Shown piece after piece: positions 12,000-25,802 of a stretch of 64,000 nucleotides of DNA (position 1 is the stretch's first letter; every line of letters begins with the position of its first letter). A program made the position numbers and the translations under genes. The DNA is from Podarcis bocagei (lineage: Eukaryota), in assembly GCA_964188305.1 (NCBI GenBank), contig OZ076888.1, one strand, 5' to 3'. The notes beneath the pieces were generated by a model. The model was not told the DNA's origin and ran no database searches. It worked only from the letters and a program-made list of their open reading frames with translations.

Positions 12000-12241
12000 C
12001 AGTGGTACCTCGGGTTACATACGCTTCAGGTTACATACGCTTCAGGTTAAAGACTCCGCTAACCCAGAAATAGTGCTTCAGGTTAAGAACTTTGCTTCAG
12101 GATGAGAACAGAAATTGTGCTCCGGCGGCGTGGCAGCAGCAGGAGGCCCCATTAGCTAAAGTGGTGCTTCAGGTTAAGAACAGTTTCAGGTTAAGTACGG
12201 ACCTCCGGAATGAATTAAGTACTTAACCCGAGGTACCACTG
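12000..12241. mobile_element. 242-bp Tigger-like (Tc1/mariner) MITE
   Basis: TIR CAGTGGTACCTCGGGTTA; TA TSD; same-length copies at 35225 and 55918. Confidence 0.93.
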
Positions 12242-12799
12242 TATTATTGCTAATGCTAGGGTGGTATAGAAATACTTCAAATGAATAAGTAAATAAAATC
12301 TAGGTATTGGGTGAAAAAAATATGAATTCCAATATAAATCCCATCCTTATTCAAAGCAGTTCACCCTACAGGGCATTCTATTACAGAACATACTACTACT
12401 AATTAAAAACATAATTATTTCAGAAGAGGTTCGTGTATTGGAGTGTGGGTATATATTGACTCCTTTAAGATGAAAAGGAGTGAAGAAAGTGATGACAGTT
12501 TAAGATCTGAGTCAAATGGTACCCAGCAGTGCAATCCTAACTACGGCTACTCTGAAACAAATCCTAACAAATTCAATGGGGCTTCAATAGAGCACAATTA
12601 GCAAAATCAACTAAAAGCAATGAAATACAAGCAATAAGACAGCTGCAATAAAATAAGAAGGGGAATTATTTTTTTAAAAAACTTTAAAAATAAGTTAAGC
12701 ACCAGAAATTTAATGTTGGATATGTTTGAATGAGAAACTACCTGATTTGCCCTTCTCAAGCCACGGCATGGACCCCAACACAGGTATCCTTTTATATTT

Positions 12800-13230
12800 T
12801 TCCAAGCAGTGTGTCACAATAGAAAATGCACATAATAGTGAAAATACAGTAACATACAAAAATGCATTAGAGAAAGTTTATTGCAATAAATTGGACAATG
12901 GTCAAAACTGCATACAAAAATGTGTCTATTAAGATATACTTGCACTAAATGCCTCCCTGCTCCCAGACATTAATGTTTTAGTATGTGGTACCATATAACG
13001 TTTCATTGACCAAAACTCCACTTCACTGCTCTGGCTGCTTCTCAGAAGTTTTGCTTTTGACACCAAATCGGTGATGAATTTTCATGGGGATTTAAAAAAT
13101 AAATAAATCACAAAATGCTGATGCATCTTCATGAGGATTTAAAAAGTAAACAAATTACAAATTGCTGCAGAAATGTGGAGAACTGAAGATTAGAAAATGT
13201 GAGAAACTGAAAGGTTCACCCATTCTAGAT
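12800..13230. mobile_element. Old AT-rich dispersed repeat, probably a DNA transposon relic; related copies at ~33400-33720 (reverse) and ~58100-58370
   Basis: Shared blocks tagtgaaa(a)tac..., catacaaaaatg and aaaatg(t)gagaaactga between copies. Boundaries are approximate. Confidence 0.5.
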
Positions 13231-15149
13231 ATAATGAACACTGTAGAACTTAGGACCATTGTGCACAATTGTGCAGTTAGCTTCCCTAACTGCAAATATG
13301 TTTTGATAATAAATAAATATGGCATTTTCAAAGCATATGAGTGCTACACAATAAGCATAACAGTTAGTTATGCTTGCAGTGTTTGATGACCCTGAGGACT
13401 CTATTCAGGGGGGAAGTGTAGTCGGTGAACTTTTGCACTATGAAGGCTGCAAATGCTTTGGAAATCCATATTGGCAGGGGCTTCATATTAAGCTTAATGC
13501 CTCTCTCTGATGATAACAGGTCAAACAGTCAGCACCAAGAATTGGATTAGAAATTCTGGCTTAAAATTTGCAGAGTTCCACTTAAATCCTAGCTGAGCAT
13601 ACATACAAGATAATATAAATCACTCTCCAGGTATTGTAATTCTACACAGAATGTGGCTATTTAATCCTACGATTTTAACTTTGGGGCACCCCTGCCGCAA
13701 GCAAGCAAAGCTGCCTATTGTGATATCATGGCCTCACAAGCTAATAGCAAATTTTCCATTACATTTTATCTGTTGAGGGTCAGGTGGCTTTTACATAGAG
13801 ACCTAACAGAAAACAGGATGCGCAGTGTGGGCCATGCTATGGCCTCGTGCACAGTGTAGAGAGAGAATTATGCTATCACTCCAGATTGCATGTGGCACAA
13901 CTCCTCATAAACTTCCCTATACTGAATAAAGTAAACATACTAACTAGGGGTAGAAGCTTTGATTGTTAGATTAGCTGGATGTAGCTTTAGTTGCTTCATC
14001 ATTGATTGACAAAATCTATTCTGAGAGTCAAAGACAACTTGCAAGGGGTTATTTTAGTTTCAGTGTACTACTGAAAAAGAAATCTATTGCAGATGGTCTT
14101 TTTAACTACGACTGCTTACATAAATTACATAATTCCCACACTTGCTCCAATATCTCTGAGAGTCGCTTATGTTACTTTTTTATTATACAACTTCAGATTG
14201 ATTGATTCAACTGAAATAAAGGCAGATAGGTAAGATACTCTTCGATAAGTTGATACTGAAACACCTGAGGTTACTAATATGTGATTAAGTCGGGACCTGT
14301 CTTTTCCTCCTTTTGCTTCTGTTTCTGCGCAAAGTGCCGTGCAGAATGGTGGCTCTAAAATCAAATCCAATTAGCAAAAAACCTTGGTATTTAACACGTT
14401 GTGTGAGGAGGGGCTTTCCAGGTCCACTCAATATCCACAATGCTGGGGAATCACAGCTGTTAAGGACAAGTGAACATAATTCATTCTGATTAAAACTCAG
14501 GCCTTTTCATTCAAATTAAAGATCCCTCCACCACCCATTCAAGCTCAGGGCATTTGTCAGCTTGGTTTCATTTTAAAATAATGCAGCAGTTGCTTTAGAA
14601 TTGCACTGTTTTCTGGGCACCTGAGTCCACAGATCAACTCAAGATTTCAGAGAGCCCTTGATTTGATTTGATTTGATTTGATTCCAGATGTCTTGTTAAT
14701 AGCACAGTCCAACTCAGGAATGTGCAACTCTCACCTGAATCATCTCTATTCACCTAATAGTTCAGGAAGTGCTGTTTATGTGCACCTTACACAGGGTTTA
14801 CATTTCAAGGAGTTGTACATAAAGCTGAAATCATGTATAGTCCAAATAACCCCCTGGAACCACCTCCACATCAGCAATCCTATCTTCTGGAGCTGATGTG
14901 CTGAATGGGTCTTATTGCCCCGCCTTCCCCTCCCCCCATGCAAAGCTCTCTGCCTTGCTTACCTGACTCTGGGAGACTGTTGCACAGACTCTGGAGTCTC
15001 TCCACCTTAAGAGCATGTAATCTGTGCAATTCCAACTGGTCGGCTGCTAAGTGTGTAAAGTTGAAATGCATGTAAGTTGTGAGTTGACTACACAGAGCTG
15101 ATGAACACCCCTCCAGCTGAGGTCTAAACTTTGTGCAACCGAAGGAGTG

Positions 15150-15256
15150 GACCATAAACATTTATGCCATAATAAATTTGCTAACCTTTAAGGTGCAACA
15201 AGACTCGTCCTTGCTTCTACTGCAACAGAGACTAATATGGGTAACTTTCTGGAAAC
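15150..15256 (+). mobile_element. Degenerate Penelope-like 3' terminal fragment
   Basis: ctttaaggtgcaacaagactc...tactgcaacagagactaatatgggtaac resembles the ctttaaggtgctac...cagaccaacacggctacc terminus at 25735-25795. Confidence 0.6.
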
Positions 15257-15749
15257 TTGAAGATCAGACCATCTGAAAGATTTCCCTTGAACCTATATGG
15301 AGACTCAGCATTTTAAAAATCTAATATCCATCCCATAGGTCCTGGTCTAATGCATGTTGAATGCAATTTAATAACTCTGACTGATAGCATGTCTGCATCA
15401 TGAGCAATTAGAGATTTCTCCTAGTCCCATAGTGAACCATGCCAGTAAGAGCATTGCTTCTATGGCTTTTGTGTATAGTGTCCATGCTGGCAGTGCAATT
15501 GTTATGACAATACATATGGAACTGGCACTGCTGTGAGAACTTCATGGGCTTTTGCCGTAATTCACCAGCCTTTTTATCGCTGTTCTACTGCACTTACCTT
15601 AAGCAGGCAGGTTGTATGAGAGACCTTGCTATGGAAGTCCTCAATCACCTAATTCGGGACCAGGGAGGATTTTGCCTTCAGACAAATTCTGTCTTGGGGT
15701 TTTTGCCTGCCTCAATGCAACTGTCACAACTTGCTGGCGGATAAGGCAT

Positions 15750-16126
15750 TGTGATGGATCCTTATGCTAAGTAGACAGGGAGTTGTCCACCCCTGCCCCT
15801 GTGTGCCAAAGGATCAGAGTACCCCCTTAAAGGGATCCAGGGGAGGTGCTTTTGGGCTAGATGCCAGGGTGGGGAGCTGATGGGCCATGGAACTCACAAC
15901 ATGGCAGTCTTGTGGTGGTCACTCCAATTTGATGTACATCATAGGGAGATCCTTAACCTTGGATAACCCTGCTTACACACCTGATGCCTCTACCCAAGCC
16001 TGTTAACAGCTGTAATCAATAAAGCTGTGGCCTGTTTAAATCCCAGTTGGTTGTGCTGTGGTTACTGCATCTTTATCATGCCTTTGCCCCACCACCCGCA
16101 ACCCCACTGAGGCTGGACCTGCAACA
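15750..16126 (+). mobile_element. Possible solo LTR (~377 bp)
   Basis: TG...CA ends (tgtgatgg / ctgcaaca), AATAAA near 16018, raised GC content. No clean TSD. Confidence 0.4.
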
Positions 16127-17362
16127 CATGTATTTTAATATATTACAAGCCATGCTTACTTGTTAGGCTACAACAAAAAGTAAATCAGCAGTGACTATTA
16201 ATGCTTTAAAAATGGTTTAATGGTTTTCAGCTGATACCAAATGTTCATTTTCATAGGCGCTGTAAATATACGCAGGAAGTGACATAAGTATTATTCCAGC
16301 AAGTTTAAAATTTCATACATCAATACTTGCAGCAAATTCTACTACCTTGTAGCTTTAGGACCATATTCAATTACATTATCTCTTTTAATAACACTAAGTG
16401 CCTTTGCTCCTTCAGATGACATAGTGCATTCCAGTAAAACCAAATGAAGCATTTTACTCTTCCCTATTACAGGCATGTAAGAGCAAAAGACCAAAAGACC
16501 CTTTTGACTTACAAAGACAAAGATTTTTCTGATAAGGTGATATTTCTTGTTTCCTATTTCCCCCCTAGATCATTGATTGCTTATCTGGCATTTCTCTCAA
16601 TTTCATACTCTGAAAGAGTTGGGAGTTATTTCTGCCATTAATAGACTACTGAAAAAAAGATGCCATGTTTCCTGTTACAAGGCCCTTCAAACACTTACCG
16701 GTATTCCCCCTTCAAACATTTATTTCAGCGAGCCAACCTGACAGTGATGTGGGATTGAGGACTGCCGTGATCATTCTGTGATATTATGGCAGTGGACAAA
16801 GCTGTATTGTAACTTTTGAATAAAGTTTAAAGAACCACATTTATTTCCTCACCAGGCAACTACAGTATCAAGCGGCAAACTTCCTGTTTGAATGGTGAGG
16901 TCTTTCATATCGCCTCACATCACTTCAGATACAATGGTTTTCAGCGGGGCTGCCTATATATTTTGTGGTCAATTGAGTAATCAGGTCCTGAGAAACCAGG
17001 TGATAGGTGTGTTATGAGTAAAAGAGCCCTACATTGGATTGATTAGATTGCTCTGGGAATCCTTGCCTGGAAATAAAAGTATAATTGGAATAATCTCTTC
17101 AGGGTGAACATTCTAATGAAAAAGTGAAAGAATAGTATTAAGAAGTGGAGGGAAAGTAACTGCACTAATTACTCCAGAATTATGAGTTTATCCATACTTA
17201 AACTATGGATTTATTTGGCATTCCACATCCACTGAGCATGTTCTGTCTTCATTATTGGACTCCCGCTGCCTAATACACTCAATTTATGTCCACCCCACCA
17301 AATATTATTTGTACTTCTGCAAATGTTGTGTGCCGGTATCTCTCTTGTGTGTGGTGCTATGT

Positions 17363-17739
17363 AAAGCAAAGGTAAAGGACCCCTGGATGGTTAAGTCCAG
17401 TCAAAGGCAACTATGGGGTGCGTCACTCATCTCACTTCAGGCTGAGGGAGCCGGTGTTTGTTCACAGACAGCTTTCCAGGTCATGTGGCCAGCATGACTA
17501 AACTGCCTCTGGCACAATGGAAGCCAGAGCACACAGAAACACTGTTTACCTTCCCTCCACAGCGGTACCTATTTATCTACTCGCAGTGGCATGCTTTCAA
17601 ACTGCTAGGCTGGCAGGAGCTGAGACAGAGCAACAGGAGCTCACCCCGTCGTGGGGATTCAAACCACCAACCTTCCAGTCAGCAAGCCCAAGAGGTTTGG
17701 TGGTTTAGAACACAGCGCCACCACATAGCACCCACACCA
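17363..17739 (-). mobile_element. Sauria SINE (divergent subfamily)
   Basis: Homologous body; TSD gtgctatgt at 17354-17362 / 17740-17748. Confidence 0.9.
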
Positions 17740-20561
17740 GTGCTATGTGGTGCCATTTGGCTACATATGGAGTGTCACTCAGAGAATGAAGACTGCTAAG
17801 GGCATATGACACATCCAGATATCTTCTGGATGTGGGTCATGTGGGTTTTGAAGAAGCAGGTGAATACCTAAGAAAAGGAAGCATTTCACCAAAGGCCATT
17901 CCCACCTGCTCCATTTAATGCAGATTATGGGCATACTTAGGAACAATGCCATTCAAATTTAACTAAAACTATAGCCCCTTTGCACCAGCTTTTTAAAAGC
18001 ATGAAGTATCATTTATAGCATACTGTAACCAAGGCTGCAATTCCTAGTTAACAAAGAGAGTTTGTTTCTCCTGGTATCTGAACTATTTTCATTTGCATTT
18101 TTCACTAAGGTGCTTAGAAATGTATGGCTCAATGAGAAAATGAAAACAATGATAATGGAACAGTATCTCTCTCTATCTCTCGCTCTGAGAGAGAACTTTT
18201 CATTTCTGGATTCATCATATTTTGGAAGGGATTAATTTAATTCTATATAAAAACCTTACAGACAAGTTCCCGAGTAAATCTGGGGGGGGGGGCTTTTATT
18301 TGAACACAAGTTGTTGACTAAGGCATGTTTCTCACACATTTTTCACACGAACGGCATATGCAGAATAATTTTAACAAAGTTGAGGATTAAAAGCTCTGGT
18401 GATTTCCTACTTCCTTTGACCTAGTTGGACATTTCTAGCTTGAATGATGCAAAGACTACATGATTTGCCTTGAAGCTTCTGTTTTAAAAAAATAAAAAGT
18501 AAAAGTAAAACCACCTTTTCTTTATATGAATAAAACACGAGGAAGAGGAGATAATGGTGGGGAATGATGTTCATTTCAGAACTTCAGGAACATATGTTCC
18601 AGTAATCTATTGGGTTCAATTTCCAGTTGTGCCAACACTTATCCCAAATTTTCCTATGTTTGGTTTACTTTTCATCAGGGCAAAATAATCTGTGGATATT
18701 TGTGCAGCTAAGCAACCTGGACAAACATTCGTGGGGGTGGGAAAAAGTGTTATCATGTAATTTAGTCACTAGATGACACTGGTATTAGTTGTATCCAGGT
18801 GGAATCAGTAGCTTCCTGTTGCTGTTATGTTCTGGAAGAGACAATAATGTATTATATAGCTTCCTGGTTGTGTTTTCCTCCAAGCTCTCCATGATGGAAG
18901 GAGCATAAATATTGAATATGCTCAGGGTTGTTGATGCACATCCAATGTTCGTTGGCACAGAATTACTCTCAATAGGACATGCATTCCAATGTTTATTATT
19001 CCCATCCACAGTTAGTCAACAACACACAAAGACTGGCCTGCTGCTACTATATTTAGGTGGTTGTTTTTTTCTGAGGGAGAAAAAACACCAAATAAATATT
19101 TCACCTTTGCTGGAGTTGTTGAGGAAACCAAGGATGTAGGGGACACTCTGACTCTATTTGGGCATTTTTCTACTTGTGTGTTCAATGCACAAAGGGGGAG
19201 AGAGCAAGTACAAGCCTGCTAGTTCCCATCCCACGGCCATTGGTCTCCAGGACCTGGAGGATTAACCTCTGCTACAGAGAACCTACTCGACTTATGTAAG
19301 CTTCGGGTGTAATTGAAGACCCTGGAAAATTAGGATAACCTATCATGACAGGAGTCAACAGAAAACTCTGCTGATGTAGAAGGATTGCAACAGGGACAGT
19401 GACATGTTGACTGAACACAGAAGAATAATTTAATAATAACTTAATAATCATTAAATTTAATATATTCTAATAATATTTATTTATTCATTTACAAAAATGC
19501 CCGCCAATATTAAGGGGCAGGGAATAGCAAGGTGGTGAGCAGAATGAAATCAACAATTAAAAACAATGTTCCAAATACAAAATACCACAAGTCAGTAGAT
19601 CAGGTTAATGCACCAAATGTATGCCTGACTACGAATTTTGTGGATTTTCTGAGACTGTGGGCAGGTAAATGAGAAAACCTTGAAGGAATAAAGCTGGAGA
19701 TTTCATAAATCCACAAGCCTAGGTTAATTTAAAGGGGGGGAATAACTTTATCTTGATAGGCATGTCTGTCTTATTGTCTGTCTTTCTCTGCCTCTCAATA
19801 TTGTGCACATTAGTGACCCAATTGGTATAACTTTTCCCTTCAGCTTCCTTTAGGTGAAATCTTGTTTTTTCTTTCCTCTGTATACCACAGTAGGCAATTT
19901 TGTCTGTGTGCCTGTTCAGGCAGATGAGTGAGCAAAAGAACCCAACTAGGTCCCAGGGAGAGAAGTGTAACCAGCCTCTGTTAAATCCCTTCTGAGCGCT
20001 TGTGGTCTAGGAGACAATTTGCTACAACAGAGTTAGTTGGTGGGCATCAACTGTAATAGGCCAACTGGGACCAAATCCTTCAGCTATTTAGGTTTAAGTC
20101 TACCCTGGGGCTTCTATCAGTGCAAGTTAGAAAGATGATTATTCGCAGAATGGGCCAGGGTGGTTGCAGCTTTGTCGCTTCTGATGGACCCATCAAAAAG
20201 ATGGGTTTAATTAGAATTTCAGCTAACTTCCTTCTGCAGTAAAGTTTTCCCCCCTCCCCAACCTAACTTAAATGAAAAGGGGAAATGAGGGCACAGCAGC
20301 TTTTGCACTCTTCGTTTATTTTAACCTCAACTACAGCAGACTTTATTTGCTCATTATGGGAGGAGACAGACTCTCCACCACCGTGGGTTGAGAAGCTGGC
20401 TTAACTACAGTGTAAGGTGTGGGAGACTTGTGAAACTGTGATTAATCTAAAATGGAAGCAGATGTTTCTGATCTCTTCCTCACAAACAAGCAGGAAGAGA
20501 GAGGAGCTCAGAAGGTGCAAGCCCAAGGATCACTGCAATTTATACTCGTAATGCTATATCC

Positions 20562-20697
20562 CAGGCTTCCTCAACCTCGGCCCTCCAGATGTTTTTGGCC
20601 TACAACTCCCATTATCCTTAGCTAGCAGGACCAGTGGTCAGGGATGATGGGAATTGTAGGCTCAAAACATCTGGAGGGCCGAGGTTGAGGAAGCCTG
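20562..20697. mobile_element. 136-bp hAT MITE
   Basis: CAGGCTTCCTCAACCTCGG TIRs; perfect 8-bp TSD ctatatcc. Confidence 0.93.
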
Positions 20698-21231
20698 CTA
20701 TATCCTGTTCTAGCGCTCCATCAAAATGAGGCCAGGATTTGTTTATTTATTATTTATATTTATGGGTCACCTCATCATATAGTGACGTACAGTAAATTAA
20801 TCAGAGCAATTTTTCAAACAATGTCAGAATATACAAATACATGCCAAACCAGCATAAATGAATAAATGAAAGCTAAACACAGCTCATTTTAAAAGGTAAG
20901 CCCAAACCATCCTGAAGAATTAACCAATCATCATCGAGCAGCAGCATACAACGTACTAAAAATGATGATAACATATATTAAAAGGCGGTCATGTTAAAGT
21001 TATCAAAGGGTCTGGGAGAATAAAAGTATTTGCCTCGTGCTCAGAGGGCATTAATGTGTGGCACTAGGGAACCCTTTCCCTCTGCCAGGGGTGCCCAGGT
21101 TCCATGAATCTGATCCTGTGGAGATAAGGAGGAGGAAATAAGGAGGAGGAGAAAACCATCCATTCATAGTGTTCATGATATAACCAACAAGCATTAGGTG
21201 TACGTCTAAAATGCGGAAAGGTAAACAGAAC

Positions 21232-21450
21232 ATTGGGGTGTTGTGGGTGGAGTGCTAGACTAGGACCTGAAAAACCAAGGTTCAAATCCCTATTCAGTCA
21301 TGAAGATCAGTGGGTGAAATCAGAGTCTCTCTCTCTTTTTCTGCCTAACCTACCTCATGGGCTGGTTGAGGTAGAGGTGGGCATGTGACCACCGTGAAAT
21401 CCTCAGAGGAAAAGTGGGATGAGGTGGGATATAAGCATAAAAATAAGTGA
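21232..21450 (+). mobile_element. Old tRNA-derived CORE/MIR-like SINE
   Basis: B-box ggttcaaatcc; body cctaacctacctcatgggctggttgagg; tail gtgggatataa. Reverse-related to 53400-53610. Confidence 0.65.
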
Positions 21451-22104
21451 AATGAAATGAAATACACACTTATCAAGGAGCCAGGATTGGCTCCCTCAGT
21501 GGCAGATTCAGGCCTGTTCTGCCTTACATTCAAGGTGTGACCCAAGAACATGAATGTGAATATGTAACTAAAGCACCCGGTGGTAGCTGCCTAGAACACC
21601 TCAAGGTTGTTGATTTAGGATATGCATTTTACAATCTCTGGAATAAGGCAGGGTCTCTTGGTAGTGTAAACAAACCATAAACCTTTCATGAGGAAAATAC
21701 AACCCCAGTCATAAATTCACTCATGAATAAGTGCTGTTTTATCCTTTAAAGGCCCGCGCATGTGATACAAGCTTGAACATTTACAATGCACTTTAAATCA
21801 ACAAGGTGATTCATTTTACCTGTGGATCCAAGAGTGCCTTCCCCTAAAGTAAAAGCTAAGTATTATGCCATGGTACTCCTTAAGATGCTGATAAATGCTA
21901 GCACTTACGGTAAATGCATTACTAAATACACATGGCGAGACACAGAGTATGGTTATATCAGCACTACAAGATAATTTTGAAAGAAAAGTCCTCAAAGTGG
22001 GTGGGGGGAAGTTTCCTGGAAGATACAGGGAGAGAACAAGTGGGGTACCAACAGTGGCATGGGAAGTGGTGAGGACTGTGGTAATGTCACTGGGAAGTCA
22101 CTGA

Positions 22105-22340
22105 GTGGAATCCTATGTAGTGGTAAGGCCATCACTGAGTCAGCACAAAGTTTTCTGATTGTGTAGTGGGACTTTCCCTCCCTCCTCCTCCCTGCACCCT
22201 CTCCTAAATCTGTTCTAGGGGCTCTATCAACCCTACGGAGCAGATTTGGGGAGGGTGCATGGGGAGTAGAGAAGGGAAAGTCCCATTATGCAAGTGGAAA
22301 TCCTTGTGCTGATGGGAACGTCTTAGTAGGATATTGGCCA
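22105..22340. mobile_element. Old long palindromic MITE; relatives at ~3775-4130 and ~31310-31520
   Basis: Arms tgggactttccct...tgcaccctctcctaaatctgttc and gagcagatttggggagggtgca...agggaaagtccca fold back on each other. Confidence 0.6.
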
Positions 22341-23157
22341 AAGAACCCCAAGAAGGAGCTCTGAAGATGCCCACCAGAAGTTAGCTCCTGGACAACAGAC
22401 TAAACAAGCACACAGACCACAGTCTTCCCCATTATGGGGAGATGTACTGTATTACTATTTAAACCATAGCAATTATTTCTATATTTTGCATCTACATACA
22501 TAAATCAACATACACAAATTTCATGCAGCCATTTACTTTTTGGGTGGTGCACTTCTAACTTTTTGACTATCCAGTAAGGTGTTTGAGAAGGTGTGTCTTG
22601 ACTAAAAGATAATAATTTTAAGTGCAAATGAAAAGTCCTACTCAATAAGAGCAAAGGTCCAGCCAGTCATTTTGAAAGAAGCCCACCCATGGAGCTGAAG
22701 GGAACAGCCCTTCTCATAATGTTCCTCCTTCGGAACCAATACTCAAGAGTTTTACTGTCCCTGAACATGACATCTCCATTTAGCAAATGGTGGTTGATAA
22801 GCCCACCCTTCACAAATCTGTCCAATCTCTTTTCAAAGCCCATTTGACATGCTTTAGAACAGGCACTTTGTCCTGTTTCTTACACCAAACTTAACACTGA
22901 CTGTTATGTGATGCAATCCACAGAAAGCTAGGAACACCAAATCCCTTGAGCTAACAGCCTTAGGTCTCAGGCCTGCCTCGGCATGTGTGCATGCGTTAGC
23001 TTTCAGGCAAAATTGTGGAAAAGGGATGCTGGCGCGTTCAGACAAGCAAATCTGCACATGTATTCTGCAGAGGTACAGTGCCTATGAGAGGATTGTGCTG
23101 GCAATCCTGGCTTGGGCAGGGGTTCAAGCTTCAGTGGAATCATCAGGACATATGTGC

Positions 23158-23617
23158 CTGGGCTGGCCCTACTGTGAGGCAGAGTGAGGCAGCTGCCTCA
23201 GGCAGCAAATTCGGAGGGGTGGAAAGTGGCTAGAAATGTGAGCGATGCAGTCTGCCCTGCAGCCCATAGGCTGGCTTGCTGCCCTGGCATGGCCAGCGGA
23301 CCAGTGAAATATCCTAAGGTGACCTGCTTCAGGCAGCATGTTCCACAGCGGGTGGGAGATCCTGAGGCAGCCTTGGTGGCAGCTGCTTTCAACTCAGGGA
23401 AATGGACGATGCAGCCAAAAGTTGAGGAGAACAGCAGCAATGCCTCATGCAATGCCCGATTTTTCACCTTTACTCTTGGTGAAAAGGAGGTGCTTCCACA
23501 GAGAATCTGTGTTGCTGCTGGTCTCCTCCTACCCTGCCAGGGCATGGGCCCAGATCTGTGGGGCTGTGTTGGTGGCACGCCTTGCCTCAGATGCCAGAAG
23601 GTCTCAGGCCGGCCCTG
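23158..23617. mobile_element. hAT-like non-autonomous element
   Basis: Termini C(T)GGGCTGGCC...GGCCGGCCCTG with subterminal tgaggca/tgcctca repeats; the TSD is degenerate. Confidence 0.6.
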
Positions 23618-23649
23618 ATAAGTATTAAGTGGTTATTGTGCTTTCACTC

Positions 23650-24007
23650 GGGACGCGGGTGGCGCTGTGGGTTAAACCACAGAGCCTAGGACTTGCCGAT
23701 CAGAAGGTCGGCGGTTTGAATCCCCACGATGGGGTGAGCTCCCGTCTTTCGGTCCCAGCTCCTGCCCACCTAGCAGTTCGAAAGCACATCAAAGTGCAAG
23801 TAGATAAATAGGTACCGCTCCAGTGGGAAGGTAAACGGCGTTTCCGGCTGCTGCTTTGGTTTGCCAGAAGCGGCTTAGTCATGCTGGCCACATGACCCAG
23901 AAGCTGTAGGCCAGCTCCCTCGGCCAATAAAGTGAGATGAGCGCTGCAACCCCAGAGTCAGCCATGACTGGACCTAATGGTCAGGGGTCCCTTAACCTTT
24001 ACCTTTA
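23650..24007 (+). mobile_element. Sauria SINE
   Basis: GGGACGCGGGTGGCGCTGTGGGTTAAACC head; acctttacctttt-type tail; TSD tgctttcact. Confidence 0.95.
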
Positions 24008-24290
24008 TGCTTTCACTGAGATGTAGGCATACCAACTATTTTCTGGATCATGGCCACAGGTTGTTTTTGTTTGTGTTTGTTTGTGTTTGTGTGTGTGATC
24101 ATTCCTCTGTTGAAAGATGGTGGCTAATACAGCAAGAATTGTGTTCTCACAAAGCGGTTCAGTGGAAACAGTCTCTATTGCATCATAAATAGCCTGATGA
24201 TTTACAGGGTGTTTTAAAGCAACACCTCAACAAATCACTGGTTGTTATTTATACATATACATTAGCTCATTTCATTTTGTCCTACAAAAT

Positions 24291-24943
24291 GTTGATGTTG
24301 TTGTTTAGTCGTTTAGTCGTGTCCGACTCTTCGTGACCCCATGGACCAGAGCATGCCAGGCACTGCTGTCTTCCACTGCCTCCCGCAGTTTGGTCAAACT
24401 CATGCTGGTAGCTTCGAGAACACTGTCCAACCATCTCGTCCTCTGTCGTCCCCTTCTCCTTGTGCCCTCAATCTTTCCCAACATCAGGGTCTTTTCCAGG
24501 GAGTCTTCTCTTCTCATGAGGTGGCCAAAGCTTCACAATCTGTCCTTCCAGTGAGCACTCAGGGCTGATTTCCGTCAGAATGGATAGGTTTGATCTTCTT
24601 GCAGTCCATGGGACTCTCAAGAGTCTCCTCCAGCACCATAATTCAAAAGCTTCAATTCTTCAGCGATCAGCCTCCTTTATGGTCCAGCTCTCACTTCCAT
24701 ACATCACTACTGGGAAAACCATAGCTTTAACTATATGGACCTTTGTTGGCAAGGTGATGTCTCTGCTTTTTAAGATGCTGTCTAGGTTTGTCATTGCTTT
24801 TCTCCCAAGAAGCAGGCGTCTTTTAATTTCGTGACTGCTGTCACCATCTGCAGTGATAATGGAGCCCAAGAAAGTAAAATCTCTCACTGCCTCCATTTCT
24901 TCCCCTTCTATTTGCCAGGAGATGATGGGCCCAGTGGCCATGA
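24291..24943 (-). mobile_element. 5'-truncated Bov-B (RTE) LINE with an internal deletion
   Basis: Minus-strand peptides KAMVFPVVMYGSESWTIK and LEKTLMLGKIEG..RRRGRQR.RWLD; 3' end GTCACGAAGAGTCGGACACGACT followed by (CAA)n. Confidence 0.95.
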
Positions 24944-25119
24944 TAACAAAATAAAAGACAACAAAATAAGAGACAGCAATTCCTGATTTCTGTTTTGAGA
25001 TCTTTCCTAACAACGACTATAAAGATGTCATTTCTCTTTAAATGACCTTATGGGTACCAAAGCTCATCTGCAACCTCATTTATGAAGCATGCTCCTTTTT
25101 CTCTTTGGATTCTTTACAA

Positions 25120-25146
25120 ACACACACACACACACACACACACACA
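25120..25146. repeat. (CA)n microsatellite
   Basis: Read directly from the sequence. Confidence 0.95.
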
Positions 25147-25600
25147 TTTGAAACAGATAACTTTATATTCAATGACATTTGCAAGTAAATGTGATTGCTA
25201 GAGAAATAGAGATGAAAGTCTCATTGATTTGAATTGAAAATCGAAAGGAAGCTTTTCCTGAAGTTCAAATGCTGCATCGCAAATCACAGGAGTCATTAAT
25301 TCCAGCATGCAAGCACTTTTCAAAATGGGCTCTCTTGATGTAACAGGGGAGCTTAAGCTTTGGCACGGGAACTGACGAGAAAGGCCAAATAATTGATTGT
25401 GCTTCATTCATTAAACCAGCATGGTCTTCACACCTTTTTGGTTCTGTGCCAGCTCTGCCGCCCTGCCTCTTTTTGTTGATGCAGCACATTTTTCTACATA
25501 ATTTCTTGTCTGTAACTTATGAGGTCAAGTATAGCTGCTGTAAATTAAAAACGAAGTCCAAATGCTTCCTTTTTTTTTGTATATATAACTGAATTAACAG

Positions 25601-25802
25601 AATAAAAAAATTCCTTCCAGTAGCACCTTAAAGACCAACTAAGTTAGTTCTTGGTATGAGCTTTCGTGTGCATGCACACTTCTTCAGATACGCATGCACA
25701 CGAAAGCTCATACCAAGAACTAACTTAGTTGGTCTTTAAGGTGCTACTGGAAGGAATTTTTTTATTTTGACTATGGCAGACCAACACGGCTACCTATCTA
25801 CT
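25601..25802. mobile_element. Penelope-like element terminal fragment in inverted configuration (75-bp perfect inverted repeat)
   Basis: Arms 25601-25675 and 25692-25766 are exact reverse complements; PLE-type end cagaccaacacggctacc; flanking direct repeat actgaattaacagaa at 25588-25602 / 25803-25817. Confidence 0.85.
25654..25691 (-). ncRNA. Minimal type I hammerhead ribozyme of the Penelope type
   Basis: Minus strand reads GUAU-CUGAAGA-A-GUGUG(CAUG)CACAC-GAAA-GC-UC-AUAC: stem I GUAU/AUAC, intact catalytic core, 5-bp stem II, palindromic AGCU in place of stem III. Confidence 0.82.

Noticed and set aside
23015-23628. Overlapping 96-144 aa ORFs on both strands
   Set aside because: They fall within a GC-rich hAT-like element, and I see no recognisable domain or splice structure.
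23650-23730. tRNA gene (A/B boxes)
   Set aside because: It is the tRNA-derived head of a SINE and has no complete cloverleaf.
25601-25766. Conserved miRNA precursor or assembly artefact
   Set aside because: The perfect arms, PLE-type terminus, hammerhead core and flanking duplication are better explained by a recent Penelope inverted insertion.
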